Origin: Patescibacteria group bacterium
GTDB lineage: Bacteria > Patescibacteriota > Patescibacteriia > JAHIZJ01
Assembly (NCBI GenBank): GCA_028714495.1
Contig: JAQTMH010000004.1
Span: 128,232-192,231 of the forward strand
Direction: 5' to 3'
DNA length: 64,000 nt
Made by a program: the position numbers and the translations under genes. Within the stretch, counting starts at the first letter, position 1. Each line of letters opens with the position of its first letter. Shown here in pieces: positions 1 through 9,510 of the stretch. The notes under the pieces are model-generated. The model saw only the letters and a program-made list of their open reading frames with translations, did not search any database and was not told where the DNA came from.

Positions 1-261
1 CTAGTCCTTTTGGATCTAATACTGCCAAAAATGCCCGGTGAACAAGTGCTAAAAACAATGAATGATAATGGTTTAATAAAAAAAATTCCGGTAATTGTCC
101 TGTCATGTAAGGGCGATGAAGTAACCATACAACATTGTTTAAACGTGTTAGGGGCCTGCGATTATTTACATAAAGGCGGCTTTCAGCCAAAGATAATAGT
201 AAGGAGGGTCAGAAAGGTATTAAAGAAATTCAAAAAAGACGGTACTTCCATTAATTATTAA
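1..261 (+). CDS. response-regulator receiver domain protein, C-terminal fragment (5' end outside window)
   Basis: Frame-1 ORF open from base 1 (…LVLLDLILPKMPGEQVL…IPVIVLS…GACDYLHKG). Same pattern as the C-terminal half of the two downstream receivers. Confidence 0.55.
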   Translation, partial: LVLLDLILPKMPGEQVLKTMNDNGLIKKIPVIVLSCKGDEVTIQHCLNVLGACDYLHKGGFQPKIIVRRVRKVLKKFKKDGTSINY

Positions 262-265
262 TATT

Positions 266-643
266 ATGAAAACAATTTTACTTATTGAGGATGATCTGTC
301 GTTAACCCGTATGTACCAGCGAATCTTTGACGAAAACAGCGGTTTTATATTGAAAATTGCCTGGGATGGTGAGGAGGGTCTGCGAAGCGCAAAAACGGTA
401 ATGCCGGATCTAGTTTTATTAGACATCATCCTGCCGAAGATTGACGGTATTGAGGTTTTAAGGAGAATCAAAAAAGATATCAAGACGATGGGTATACCGG
501 TTATTATGCTAACTAATCTCAGCGACTCGGTAAATGTGGCCGATGCCATCACCTTGGGTGCCCGGGGATATCTTGTGAAAGCTAATTACACGCCGGACGA
601 AATATTACAGCAAGTCAGAGATTTTTTGAATCAAAAAATATAA
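266..643 (+). CDS. single-domain response regulator (CheY-like receiver)
   Basis: LLIEDD…PDLVLLDIILPKIDG…IPVIMLTNL…GARGYLVKA: the conserved Asp/Lys receiver pattern. 125 aa, no output domain. Confidence 0.8.
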   Translation: MKTILLIEDDLSLTRMYQRIFDENSGFILKIAWDGEEGLRSAKTVMPDLVLLDIILPKIDGIEVLRRIKKDIKTMGIPVIMLTNLSDSVNVADAITLGARGYLVKANYTPDEILQQVRDFLNQKI

Positions 644-671
644 ATTTAATATATTAATCAGACAAAAAAAT

Positions 672-1100
672 ATGGCAAAAATTTTACTTATCGAAGACGA
701 TCCTTTAATGGTTCGTATGTATCAGCGTAAATTCAAAGCCGATGGGCACGATCTTGGGATTGCTTTGGATGGTGAGGAGGGTTTAGTCAAGGTGCGTGAA
801 TTCAAGCCCGATTTGGTTTTATTGGATATTATGATGCCGAAGCTCGACGGCTTGGAAGTACTGAAAAGGATGAAAGCCGATTCCAAGCTAAAAAGCATTC
901 CGGTTATTTTATTGACAAATTTGGGAGCCTCAGAAGAGGATGTTAACCGCGGGCTGGAGCTGGGAGCAGTGGCGTATCTCATTAAAAGCGAATATCAACC
1001 CGATGAGGTCGTGACTAAGGTCAAGGAAATATTAGCCGGTTACACTCATGACCAGGAAATTCCAAAAGTATCTGGTGCGAAGAAAAAAAGGTCGGGGTAA
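672..1100 (+). CDS. single-domain response regulator (CheY-like receiver)
   Basis: ILLIEDD…PDLVLLDIMMPKLDG…IPVILLTNL…AYLIKS. Third tandem paralog. Confidence 0.8.
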   Translation: MAKILLIEDDPLMVRMYQRKFKADGHDLGIALDGEEGLVKVREFKPDLVLLDIMMPKLDGLEVLKRMKADSKLKSIPVILLTNLGASEEDVNRGLELGAVAYLIKSEYQPDEVVTKVKEILAGYTHDQEIPKVSGAKKKRSG

Positions 1101-1145
1101 ATCTGAAAATACAGACGGCCTCGATTGCGAATAGTTCTAAATAGT

Positions 1146-4100
1146 ATGAGTTTTCTTGAAAAACGACCAATAAAAAAAATCGCGGTACTGGTGCTTATGA
1201 CCGGTTTTTTGATCTGGGCATATAATCCTCAAATTCTTTCAGCTGATGATTCTGTAACATTACTACCTTCGGCTGACGGTACAGATGATAGCGCTAATTG
1301 GACAAATACTGTGCCCACTGCTTGTAATAGCACGGATTGCTTTGTAGAAGTTGATGAAAGCAGCGGCGCAACGTGTACCAATAGCGACGGCGATAGTTCT
1401 TATATCGTCAGTAGCACTAATGGCGCGAATCAAACTTTTGATATTGACGAGTCAAGTATTCCAAATAACGCCGTAATAACCCAGATTACCGTTGTTACTT
1501 GTGATAAAAGAGGCGAGGGAGGAGCAAAAATGCGAACGAGAATATGTGTTGATGGGACCTGCACTAATTCAGGAACAGATATCGCTTTAGACAGTTCATA
1601 CTTAGAACATTCTCAAGCTCATGCCGTTAGTATCACAAAAACAGCCGGTACGGATATTGAGATTGGCGTATCAAACACTGCGGCCAAAAGCGCCAGGGTC
1701 AGTAAAATTTCGGCAATCATTACGTATGATGCGACCGCCCCGGCGGCAGTAACTAACCTAGCTGCCTCCAATGCCACTGGTTCATCAATTGATCTTTCTT
1801 GGACTGCGCCAGGAGATGACGGAGACACAGGAACTGCTGCTACCTATGACGTTCGTTACTCCACCTCAACTATTACCGAAGGGAATTGGTCATCAGCTAC
1901 CCAAGTCTCAGGCGAGCCTGTGCCATCCATTGCCGGTTCAAGTGAATCAATGACCGTTTCTGGCCTAAACTCCAATACAACCTATTACTTTGCCTTGAAA
2001 ACTTCAGATGAAGCGCCAAATGTTTCCGGGATTTCCAATGTACCCAGTCTGGCCACTTTAGATATTACAGCCCCAGCCGCCGTCTCTAATCTGGCTGCTA
2101 CTAATGCCACTGGCTCATCAATTGATCTTTCTTGGACCGCGCCAGGTGACGACGTAAATAGCGGGACTGCCAGTTTGTACGATGTTCGCTACTCCACCTC
2201 AAATATTACCGGAGGAAACTGGTCATCAGCTACCCAAGCCACAGGCGAGCCAACACCTTCCATTGCCGGTTCAACTGAATCAATAACCGTTTCTGGCCTT
2301 AATTCTGAAACTGCTTACTATTTTGCTCTTAAAACTTCAGATGAGGTGCCGAATGTTTCCGGACTTTCTAATGTACCCAGTTTGGCCACGCTCGATATCA
2401 CGGCGCCGGTCATAAGCAATATCTCCAGCGGCACTCCTGGCGAGACATCGGCGACTATCACCTGGGATACGAATGAAGCGGCCACTTCGCAGGTTGAGTA
2501 TGGTCCCACAACGAGCTATGGCTCGATGACGACCCTGGATGCTGATTTGGTTACCGCGCACTCGGTTGCCATTACCGGTTTAACTCGTGATACCGACTAT
2601 CATTTCCGCGTTAAATCAAAGGACGCTTCCAGTATTGAAGCAGTGTCAGGCGACGAATCTTTTACCACTAGCGTGCTTCCTGGCCCGGTTATTTCAAATA
2701 TTTCCTCATCCAATATCAAACAGACTGAAGCTGCTATCACTTGGACTACTGATACAGCCAGCACTTCGCAGGTTCTCTATGGTACAACCATTGGTAATTA
2801 TACGGAATCGACAGTTTTAGATACAGATCTAGTCACTTCTCATTCTGTGTCACTGACCGGGCTGGCCGCGGCCACTGTTTATTATTATGTGGTTCAATCA
2901 GTGGATGCCGGTTCTCACGCTTCTGTTTCCTCGGAGTATTTTTTTACCACTTTGAACAGCAATGCCCCTCCAGACACTGTTCCGCCAGAAATTTATAGCA
3001 TAACGGTCTCGGATATAACTCAGACAGCCGCGACAATTGCCTGGACGACTGATGAAGCGGCCACTTCACAGGTTGAGTATGGTTTAACCGCTGATTACGG
3101 CTACAGCAGCGCTTTAGACAGCACCATTGTTACCGCTCATTCTATTTCCCTAGCCGAATTGGAGGGGGGGACACTCTATCATTTCCGAGTTAAATCAAAA
3201 GATAATTCGGATAACGAGGGAGTATCGGCTGATCAGAATTTTACCACTGAATCAGGCGAAGAATTACCTCCGGAGGAAAATGACACTACTCCGCCGGTTA
3301 TTTCCGATTTAGTAGCAAACAGTATTACTGACAGTCAGGCCACAATAATTTGGGTAACAGACGAAGCGGCAACCTCGCGGGTTTTTTACGGAACAACGAG
3401 CGGCGGTTATTCTAATATTACTTCAGAGGATGCGACAAAAGTACTGTCTCACAGCAGGGTGATTAGCGGGCTGTCCTCGTCAACTAGTTATTATTATATT
3501 GTCAAATCAAAAGACGCTTCGGGCAATGAAGCCAGTTCAGGCGAAAAATTTTTTATTACAGCCAAACCGGCACCGACGGCGCCCGGTGCTCCGGGAACTA
3601 CTAAACCAAAGACTTCACCCGGTGGAACAGTAACAGAAAAAGAGATTTTACCTACCCAGGGGGATACTACTCCGCCTGTAGTGACGCTTGAAAAAATTAC
3701 CCCCAATCCCACCGATAATCAGAAACCGACGATAACCGGAACAGCCACAGACCAAGACGGTGTCATCGCCAGCCTGGCCATTTCGCTTAATGACGGAAAA
3801 ACCTGGCATCCGGTCACAACTATAGAGGGTCTGGGTGCAGATAAAGCGGTTTTTACCTATATTCCCGCGCTTTTGGAAGACGGCGATTTTTCCATTAAGG
3901 CCAGAGCCCGGGATAACAGCGGAAATGAAGGATTTTCCGAAACCCAGGCGCTAGTCATAGATTTACTCCCTCCGATTTTTGGAGGAAAAAGCATCTTGAT
4001 CGGCAACCAATCCGCGTCCATATCTTACGATGGCACTGTTAATTCAGTCGTCGGCTTGACCCAAAAAATCGTAATTTCTGCCAAAGGCGGGCCAACAGCG

Positions 4101-5108
4101 ATGACAGTGGCGGCCCAGTCACAAAATAGCAAAGAACCGGATCAGATTTTTGACTTGCGTTATGTCGAGTCGGAAAATCTTTGGGCCGGCGATTTGGTTT
4201 TTGCCTCGAGCGGTATTTATAATCTTGAGCTTACCGCTAAAGATGGGGCTGGCCATATTACCAACCAGGTCTTGAATGCTATTATCGTTCAACCAGCCGG
4301 CGAAGTTCTGGAGGCAAAAACAGGCCGACCGGTTTCTGAAGCACGAGTAGCCCTTTACCAACGCGATTCGTCCACAAATCAGTGGATATTATGGCCAGCC
4401 GAAGCCTTTGGCCAGCATAACCCGCAGGTTACTGGCGAAAATGGTGAGTATCAGTTTTTTGTCCAGCCGGGCCAGTACTATCTTGAAGTTTATAAGGAAG
4501 ATTGGCAGTTGACGGTAAGTCGAATTATTACTTTAGATATGAACGGGCCGATCAGTGGTGACATTCTTCTTACCAAAAAACCCAGCCTTCATCTAGGAAT
4601 AATCGATATCACTCTGTCTCCATGGTCCATCTTTGCCAAGTCCGTGACCGTCTCTCCGTCAACCTCTACCCAGGAATCGTCAAGCCATCTTTTTGATCAG
4701 GTTATCGGCCAGCCAGCGCCTGAATTCATCCTGGCTGATTCCAACGGCGGAAAAAATTGGTTATCCGACCAACGAGGCAAAAAAGTGGTTATTTCAGTCT
4801 GGAATACCTGGGACAGCAAATCTCAAGAACAGCTGGCCTGGCTTGAACAAGTTGCCGAGAAAAAAGGAATTTATACGACCATCCTCCCTTTGGTGCTGCA
4901 GGAAAGTCCGAGTAAGGTACAGACATACCTCAAACGGGGAGGGTATTCCATCGTCAGTCTGGTTGATACGACAGGCGCCTTTACCACATTATTTCCCGTC
5001 ATATCCGTCCCCCAGCACTTCTTCATTGATCGCAAGGGCATTCTGCGTGATATTTATGTTGGTTTTTTAGATGAAGACGACCTGATTCAAAAAGTCGACG
5101 CTTTATAG
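1146..5108 (+). CDS. giant secreted/anchored surface protein: FN3-like repeat array, carboxypeptidase-regulatory-like domain and C-terminal TlpA/redoxin-like domain lacking the CXXC motif
   Basis: ATG at 1146 gives signal-peptide-like MSFLEKRPIKKIAVLVLMTGFLIW (the ORF-track start at 1125 is TTG). Two 111-aa repeats (…LSWTAPGDD…YDVRYSTS…YYFALKTSDE…) and four ~95-aa repeats (…ITWTTDEAATSQVEYG…YHFRVKSKD…). C-terminus resembles a redoxin fold (…VISVWNTWDSKS…) with no cysteines. Confidence 0.7.
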   Translation: MSFLEKRPIKKIAVLVLMTGFLIWAYNPQILSADDSVTLLPSADGTDDSANWTNTVPTACNSTDCFVEVDESSGATCTNSDGDSSYIVSSTNGANQTFDIDESSIPNNAVITQITVVTCDKRGEGGAKMRTRICVDGTCTNSGTDIALDSSYLEHSQAHAVSITKTAGTDIEIGVSNTAAKSARVSKISAIITYDATAPAAVTNLAASNATGSSIDLSWTAPGDDGDTGTAATYDVRYSTSTITEGNWSSATQVSGEPVPSIAGSSESMTVSGLNSNTTYYFALKTSDEAPNVSGISNVPSLATLDITAPAAVSNLAATNATGSSIDLSWTAPGDDVNSGTASLYDVRYSTSNITGGNWSSATQATGEPTPSIAGSTESITVSGLNSETAYYFALKTSDEVPNVSGLSNVPSLATLDITAPVISNISSGTPGETSATITWDTNEAATSQVEYGPTTSYGSMTTLDADLVTAHSVAITGLTRDTDYHFRVKSKDASSIEAVSGDESFTTSVLPGPVISNISSSNIKQTEAAITWTTDTASTSQVLYGTTIGNYTESTVLDTDLVTSHSVSLTGLAAATVYYYVVQSVDAGSHASVSSEYFFTTLNSNAPPDTVPPEIYSITVSDITQTAATIAWTTDEAATSQVEYGLTADYGYSSALDSTIVTAHSISLAELEGGTLYHFRVKSKDNSDNEGVSADQNFTTESGEELPPEENDTTPPVISDLVANSITDSQATIIWVTDEAATSRVFYGTTSGGYSNITSEDATKVLSHSRVISGLSSSTSYYYIVKSKDASGNEASSGEKFFITAKPAPTAPGAPGTTKPKTSPGGTVTEKEILPTQGDTTPPVVTLEKITPNPTDNQKPTITGTATDQDGVIASLAISLNDGKTWHPVTTIEGLGADKAVFTYIPALLEDGDFSIKARARDNSGNEGFSETQALVIDLLPPIFGGKSILIGNQSASISYDGTVNSVVGLTQKIVISAKGGPTAMTVAAQSQNSKEPDQIFDLRYVESENLWAGDLVFASSGIYNLELTAKDGAGHITNQVLNAIIVQPAGEVLEAKTGRPVSEARVALYQRDSSTNQWILWPAEAFGQHNPQVTGENGEYQFFVQPGQYYLEVYKEDWQLTVSRIITLDMNGPISGDILLTKKPSLHLGIIDITLSPWSIFAKSVTVSPSTSTQESSSHLFDQVIGQPAPEFILADSNGGKNWLSDQRGKKVVISVWNTWDSKSQEQLAWLEQVAEKKGIYTTILPLVLQESPSKVQTYLKRGGYSIVSLVDTTGAFTTLFPVISVPQHFFIDRKGILRDIYVGFLDEDDLIQKVDAL

Positions 5109-5136
5109 AATAATAATTCAAAAGTAGAAAAAACAT

Positions 5137-6720
5137 ATGTGGTACAATTTCTGGTTACAAAACAGCCATTTCGGTGTCGAGATTTTTATCGGCTTAGTTT
5201 TTTTCGCCACGGCCTGGCTCTATCTTGACTCCTGGGGAGCGAAAAAAGAAGCCAAGACATTACTGCGAGCCCTAGGGTTTTTTTCTTTGGCTCTTTGGGC
5301 TGTGCTGGGCGCCACTTCATCGGAATTTTCCGCCTTACGATTAATCGAGACAATCGCCAAATTTACCGGTTTGGCTTTTGTTCTGATAAGTTTTATCATT
5401 GATCCCGTGCCAAAAATTCCTAGGCTCAAGAAATCAAGCCTTAAGAAAAAGGCATCTGGCATTATTCCGGTGGCGTTGAGTACGAGTGTTTTTTTCCAGC
5501 CAAGCGTTTTTTCCTCCATTCTTTTGTTAGTGATATCCTGTCTTATTTTGATCCGGTTCACCAAGGGGTTGATAAAAGAATGGCGCGGACTTTTCTTGGC
5601 CTTCTTGCTATTCACCCTTTCTGAACTAATAACCATCCTTTACTTTTGGCAAGATTCTTCAAATATCGTGATTTCACGGATTTTGCAGACATATGGGGCG
5701 GTCTGGTTTACGGAACACGGATTAAAACTGTTGGGGTTTATCATCCTGGCCCGTTGGACCTGGGGGTATATTCGTTTTCGGCTGGTGCCCCAGTTTTTCA
5801 TCACTTATCTAACTATAATTTTTCTTATTTTTGTTGGTACGACATTCGCTTTCACCACCATTTTGCTGCGCACCGTTGAGCAGGATCAGCTAACTCAGCT
5901 CAAAGTAAACGTACAAACTGTGGAATATGCCATTGATCAGCTTGATAATGAAGCCGTGCTCGCGGCAAAAATCGCTTCGGAAAATGTGGCGGTCAAGGAT
6001 GCCCTAGCCAATCAAGACGTTGAGACTCTTTATGCGGTTACTAACCGTTTGATGCTGGAGAATGGAACTGACTTCTTTATCGTAGTTAACGACGGAGCTG
6101 ATGTATTAATCCGCGCCGAGGATAGGAGTAAAATCGGAGATAATTTGGCTGACGACCCGGTGGTGGGGCGGGCATTTGAGGGACGGTCAGTGGCCTCTGC
6201 CGCCACCGAAGAAGACATAACCGCGCCCATTGTTTCTATTCGCGCGGCCAGTCCCGTGCTGTCCAGTGAAGGGAAAATAATTGGCGCTGTAATTACTGGC
6301 TATATCATTGATAATGCTTTTGTTGATGGCGTAAAAAAAGTTACTGATCTTGATGTGACAATTTTTGGCGGGAAATATCGTTCGGCCACTACATTATTCA
6401 CGCCCGGCAGCACTTCCCGTGATACTGGACTGGTTGAGACAGACACGCGGGTTGTTGATCAGGTGCTGACAAAAGCCGGAAGATTCACCAGCTCGATCAA
6501 TGTATTGAACACGCCATTTTATGCGGCTTATGCTCCGCTTTTGGATATTGACAATACGGTTATTGGCATGCTGTCTATTGGCCGGCCGCAAAGTGAATTA
6601 CTGGCGGCAACTGATAAGACCATCAGAACGACTTTTATCATTTCAGTCATCCTGATGATGCTGGCAATGCTCCCGGCCTATTTTCTGGCCAGGTATATTT
6701 CCCGTTATCAGAGGGTTTAG
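5137..6720 (+). CDS. polytopic membrane protein with extracytoplasmic sensor-like (Cache/PAS-like) domain and C-terminal TM; no kinase/output domain
   Basis: About 7 hydrophobic helices N-terminal, ~250-aa soluble region, terminal TM helix (LMMLAMLPAYFLARYI). Resembles a sensor module without a transmitter. Confidence 0.45.
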   Translation: MWYNFWLQNSHFGVEIFIGLVFFATAWLYLDSWGAKKEAKTLLRALGFFSLALWAVLGATSSEFSALRLIETIAKFTGLAFVLISFIIDPVPKIPRLKKSSLKKKASGIIPVALSTSVFFQPSVFSSILLLVISCLILIRFTKGLIKEWRGLFLAFLLFTLSELITILYFWQDSSNIVISRILQTYGAVWFTEHGLKLLGFIILARWTWGYIRFRLVPQFFITYLTIIFLIFVGTTFAFTTILLRTVEQDQLTQLKVNVQTVEYAIDQLDNEAVLAAKIASENVAVKDALANQDVETLYAVTNRLMLENGTDFFIVVNDGADVLIRAEDRSKIGDNLADDPVVGRAFEGRSVASAATEEDITAPIVSIRAASPVLSSEGKIIGAVITGYIIDNAFVDGVKKVTDLDVTIFGGKYRSATTLFTPGSTSRDTGLVETDTRVVDQVLTKAGRFTSSINVLNTPFYAAYAPLLDIDNTVIGMLSIGRPQSELLAATDKTIRTTFIISVILMMLAMLPAYFLARYISRYQRV

Positions 6721-6927
6721 ATTAGTTAGGACTTACGCGCTTGCCGCTTTCATTAAAAGGAAAAGGTTGTCGGTCTGTCCCACACTCGGATCCGGGGCGA
6801 CTCGCGGAGCAAACTTTTTCAAAAAATAATCGCTAGCTTTGGCGGTTATTTTTTTGGTAAAATTGATAACCCGAATAGGATTCGAACTATATTTATGCTA
6901 GACTTAAATATACGATAATAAAAAATA

Positions 6928-7575
6928 ATGACTATTTGGGATAAGATATATAAAAATTACCAGAAAGGTGGTCCTGCATGGGCGACAATTGAGGGTAGAA
7001 TTTTACCTCAGTTTATTAATTTTTTAAAATTTAACAAATTTAATATTAAACATGCCCTGGAAATAGGTTGTGGTATGGGTAAATATCTAGTGATTTTAAA
7101 AGAACTTGGTTTCAAAACTGATGGTATCGATTCCAGTATTACAGCAATGCAGATGACTAAAAATAACCTCAAAGATGATTCAAATATTATATTGGCTGAT
7201 ATGTTTGAATATGAGATACCTAAAAATAAATACGATCTGATTTTTTCAATCTTTTCTGTCCATCATGGGCTCAAGAACCAAGTTAAAAGCGTAATTGATG
7301 AAATATATTCTTCGCTGATGTCAAATGGAAAGTTTTTTATCACATTGCCTGATTATAACAGCAGTAAGAGTTGGGATACATTTAAAAATAACAAAGATCT
7401 AGGAAACGGGGTTTTTACTCCACTTTCTGGACCAGAAAAAGGATTACCGCATAGTTTCTACAACCGTAAAGAAGTATATGCATTATTTAATAAATTTACT
7501 GATATTAAAGTTGAATTAGAAAAAAGTGGTAAGATTGTTCACGGTAACTGGATAATCTCTGGCAAAAAGCTATAG
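6928..7575 (+). CDS. class I SAM-dependent methyltransferase (small-molecule type)
   Basis: Motif I LEIGCGMGKY, DLIFSIFSVHH. AT-rich gene (about 30% GC by eye). No DNA-MTase DPPY/NPPY motifs. Confidence 0.65.
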   Translation: MTIWDKIYKNYQKGGPAWATIEGRILPQFINFLKFNKFNIKHALEIGCGMGKYLVILKELGFKTDGIDSSITAMQMTKNNLKDDSNIILADMFEYEIPKNKYDLIFSIFSVHHGLKNQVKSVIDEIYSSLMSNGKFFITLPDYNSSKSWDTFKNNKDLGNGVFTPLSGPEKGLPHSFYNRKEVYALFNKFTDIKVELEKSGKIVHGNWIISGKKL

Positions 7576-7619
7576 ATTATTTTCAACTTACCCGCGGATC
7601 TCAATCCTCAGAAAACAAT

Positions 7620-7650
7620 AAACTGCCCTCTCATCGAAGGCGGTTTTTGT
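7620..7650. terminator. bidirectional hairpin terminator (repeat copy 1: CCCTCTCATCGAAGGCGGTTTTT)
   Basis: Imperfect stem GCCCTC/GAAGGC with U-runs on both strands, between convergent genes. Confidence 0.4.
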
Positions 7651-8270
7651 TACTTTGTCCAACCAGATATGGGTATCTTGGCGATCTTTTTCAACGAGAA
7701 ACCCGTTGATGTATAGCTGACCTCAAAAGAATATTCCCGTGCTGGATTAATGACGCTAAAATATTTCGGTCGGTCTCTGAAGATGCACTTTGCCTTGCGG
7801 AGTGCGTCTATGCCACGATCCGGCTGGTCTTTGAATTTAGTCACGTCTGAACCATAAGTATTGGTTAGCTCCTCGATGAGTTTCTTCGACGACGAATCGC
7901 TTACCTTGGTTTCCACATAGATAAAAGGCTTTCCGTGGTCAAATACGCAGATATCCATCAGATGGTATTCAAAAGCGCAGTCGGACACGGCGTAGCCATG
8001 CTCGGTGATTAGTTTAACGAAAGTCGCGAACTGGACGAAGTATTCGCGGTTAAGCGTAAACGCGTCATACCATTTTTTCTTCTGACTTGGCAGCGAAAAC
8101 AGATTGCCATCTATCTCTATCAGTCCCTGAACAACGCCTTTGTGAATCAGGTTGATTTCCTTTTGGGTGATAAATCTCGAATGCTTTGGTTCGTTCGCCA
8201 CTTTTTTAACCAGACCTTCAGCCGCTTTGCTTAGGGTTCGCTCAAACCATTTTTTTATATCATCACCCAT
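7650..8270 (-). CDS. hypothetical protein with possible PD-(D/E)xK nuclease-like motif
   Basis: …MDICVFDHGKPFIYVETKV… has D…(E)xK spacing. AT-rich. No family recognised with confidence. Confidence 0.35.
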   Translation of the reverse strand: MGDDIKKWFERTLSKAAEGLVKKVANEPKHSRFITQKEINLIHKGVVQGLIEIDGNLFSLPSQKKKWYDAFTLNREYFVQFATFVKLITEHGYAVSDCAFEYHLMDICVFDHGKPFIYVETKVSDSSSKKLIEELTNTYGSDVTKFKDQPDRGIDALRKAKCIFRDRPKYFSVINPAREYSFEVSYTSTGFSLKKIAKIPISGWTK

Positions 8271-8354
8271 TGTTTTTTCTTCTTTGATAAAAATTAATTT
8301 TCATGACTTTATTTTAGCTCTTTTATACATTTACTTCAAATTAACAATATAGAA

Positions 8355-8386
8355 CCACCCTCTCATCGAGGGCGGTCTTTATGTTG
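8355..8386. terminator. hairpin terminator (repeat copy 2: CCCTCTCATCGAGGGCGGTCTTT)
   Basis: Stem CCCTC/GAGGG, 20/23 identical to copy 1, directly downstream of the DedA gene on the minus strand. Confidence 0.4.
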
Positions 8387-8403
8387 CGTTTTTCCTTAGA
8401 TGA

Positions 8404-9021
8404 TTAGCTATTCCGATGTTTCAAATGACGCCAGATATACCAGACTACAACCAAAATAATTAGTATCCCTATGGCTAAATCAAAGCTGTGGAGCTTTTCG
8501 CGGATGAGTTCCCAGTTTTCACCCATTTTCACGCCCAGCCAGGCAAAAAGCGCTGACCAGAGAAGGGCGCCAGCCAGGGTATAAATCGAGAAGCGTTTAA
8601 GATTCATCTTGGCGATGCCGGCGGGAAAAGAAATGTAGGTTCGGACAATTGGCAGAAGCCGGCCGAAAAACACAGTTAAATCGCCGTGCTTCCTAAACCA
8701 TTGATCAGCCGTATCCAAATCATGGCCGGAGATTAAAATGTATTTTCCGTATTTCTCGATTAACGGCCGACCGCCTTTGGCGCCGATCCAATAAGCCAGC
8801 AGTGAACCAGCCAGATTTCCGATTGCCCCAAAAGCGACAATCAACCAGAGAGACATTTTTCCTTCGGCCACGAGCCAGCCGGAAAACGGCATAATCACCT
8901 CCGAGGGCATTGGAATGCCGCAGCTTTCAATCAGCATCAGGAAAAAAACCCCGCCATAACCCAAGAAATCGATTGTCCGCGTGACGATATTTGCCAGGAA
9001 ATCAATTAGGCTCGTAACCAT
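8404..9021 (-). CDS. DedA/TVP38-family membrane protein
   Basis: …GYGGVFFLMLIESCGIPMPSEVIMPFSGWLV…YWIGAKGGRPL… typical DedA core. Confidence 0.75.
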   Translation of the reverse strand: MVTSLIDFLANIVTRTIDFLGYGGVFFLMLIESCGIPMPSEVIMPFSGWLVAEGKMSLWLIVAFGAIGNLAGSLLAYWIGAKGGRPLIEKYGKYILISGHDLDTADQWFRKHGDLTVFFGRLLPIVRTYISFPAGIAKMNLKRFSIYTLAGALLWSALFAWLGVKMGENWELIREKLHSFDLAIGILIILVVVWYIWRHLKHRNS

Positions 9022-9153
9022 AAAAATCTTTTACTTGATCCTTTGATAATTAGCTCTTTTGCATTGTACCACATTTTAATAATCGCCAATATCGCCAGCT
9101 AGGCGATTATCTGATAAAATGGAGATATATTTGATAATTAAACGATTAACATT

Positions 9154-9426
9154 ATGGAGAATAAAAAACAGTTTACCGCTGAAGAAGCCAAGAAAATCGG
9201 CGAGGGTCTGGGAATAGACTGGAGCAAATTCAACGTCGAAGAATTTCGGATGGGCCTGGGGGTTGAGCTGGAACATGGCTTAATCGATCCCCTGACAAAT
9301 GTTACGAACGATGACCCGATCACAACCGGCAAAATCGCCCTGGCCCACCTGAATGAATTTCCCGACTACTACCAGAGATTGTCAAAGATGGAGATTGAAG
9401 CGGAAGAATTCTACGCCAAGAAATAA
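9154..9426 (+). CDS. small hypothetical protein
   Basis: 90-aa ORF, acidic, no TM. Confidence 0.35.
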   Translation: MENKKQFTAEEAKKIGEGLGIDWSKFNVEEFRMGLGVELEHGLIDPLTNVTNDDPITTGKIALAHLNEFPDYYQRLSKMEIEAEEFYAKK

Positions 9427-9510
9427 TACGACCCCTTCTTAGATAATACGAAAATTCGGTATTTGTGGTAAAATATTAATGGCAAGAAGTGAGTTACTAA
9501 CACCCCAGCT

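Noticed and set aside
6928-8270. Restriction-modification pair (methyltransferase + nuclease-like protein)
   Set aside because: The methyltransferase has class I small-molecule MTase motifs only (no DPPY/NPPY or target-recognition domain). The nuclease call rests on a single weak D…ExK pattern.
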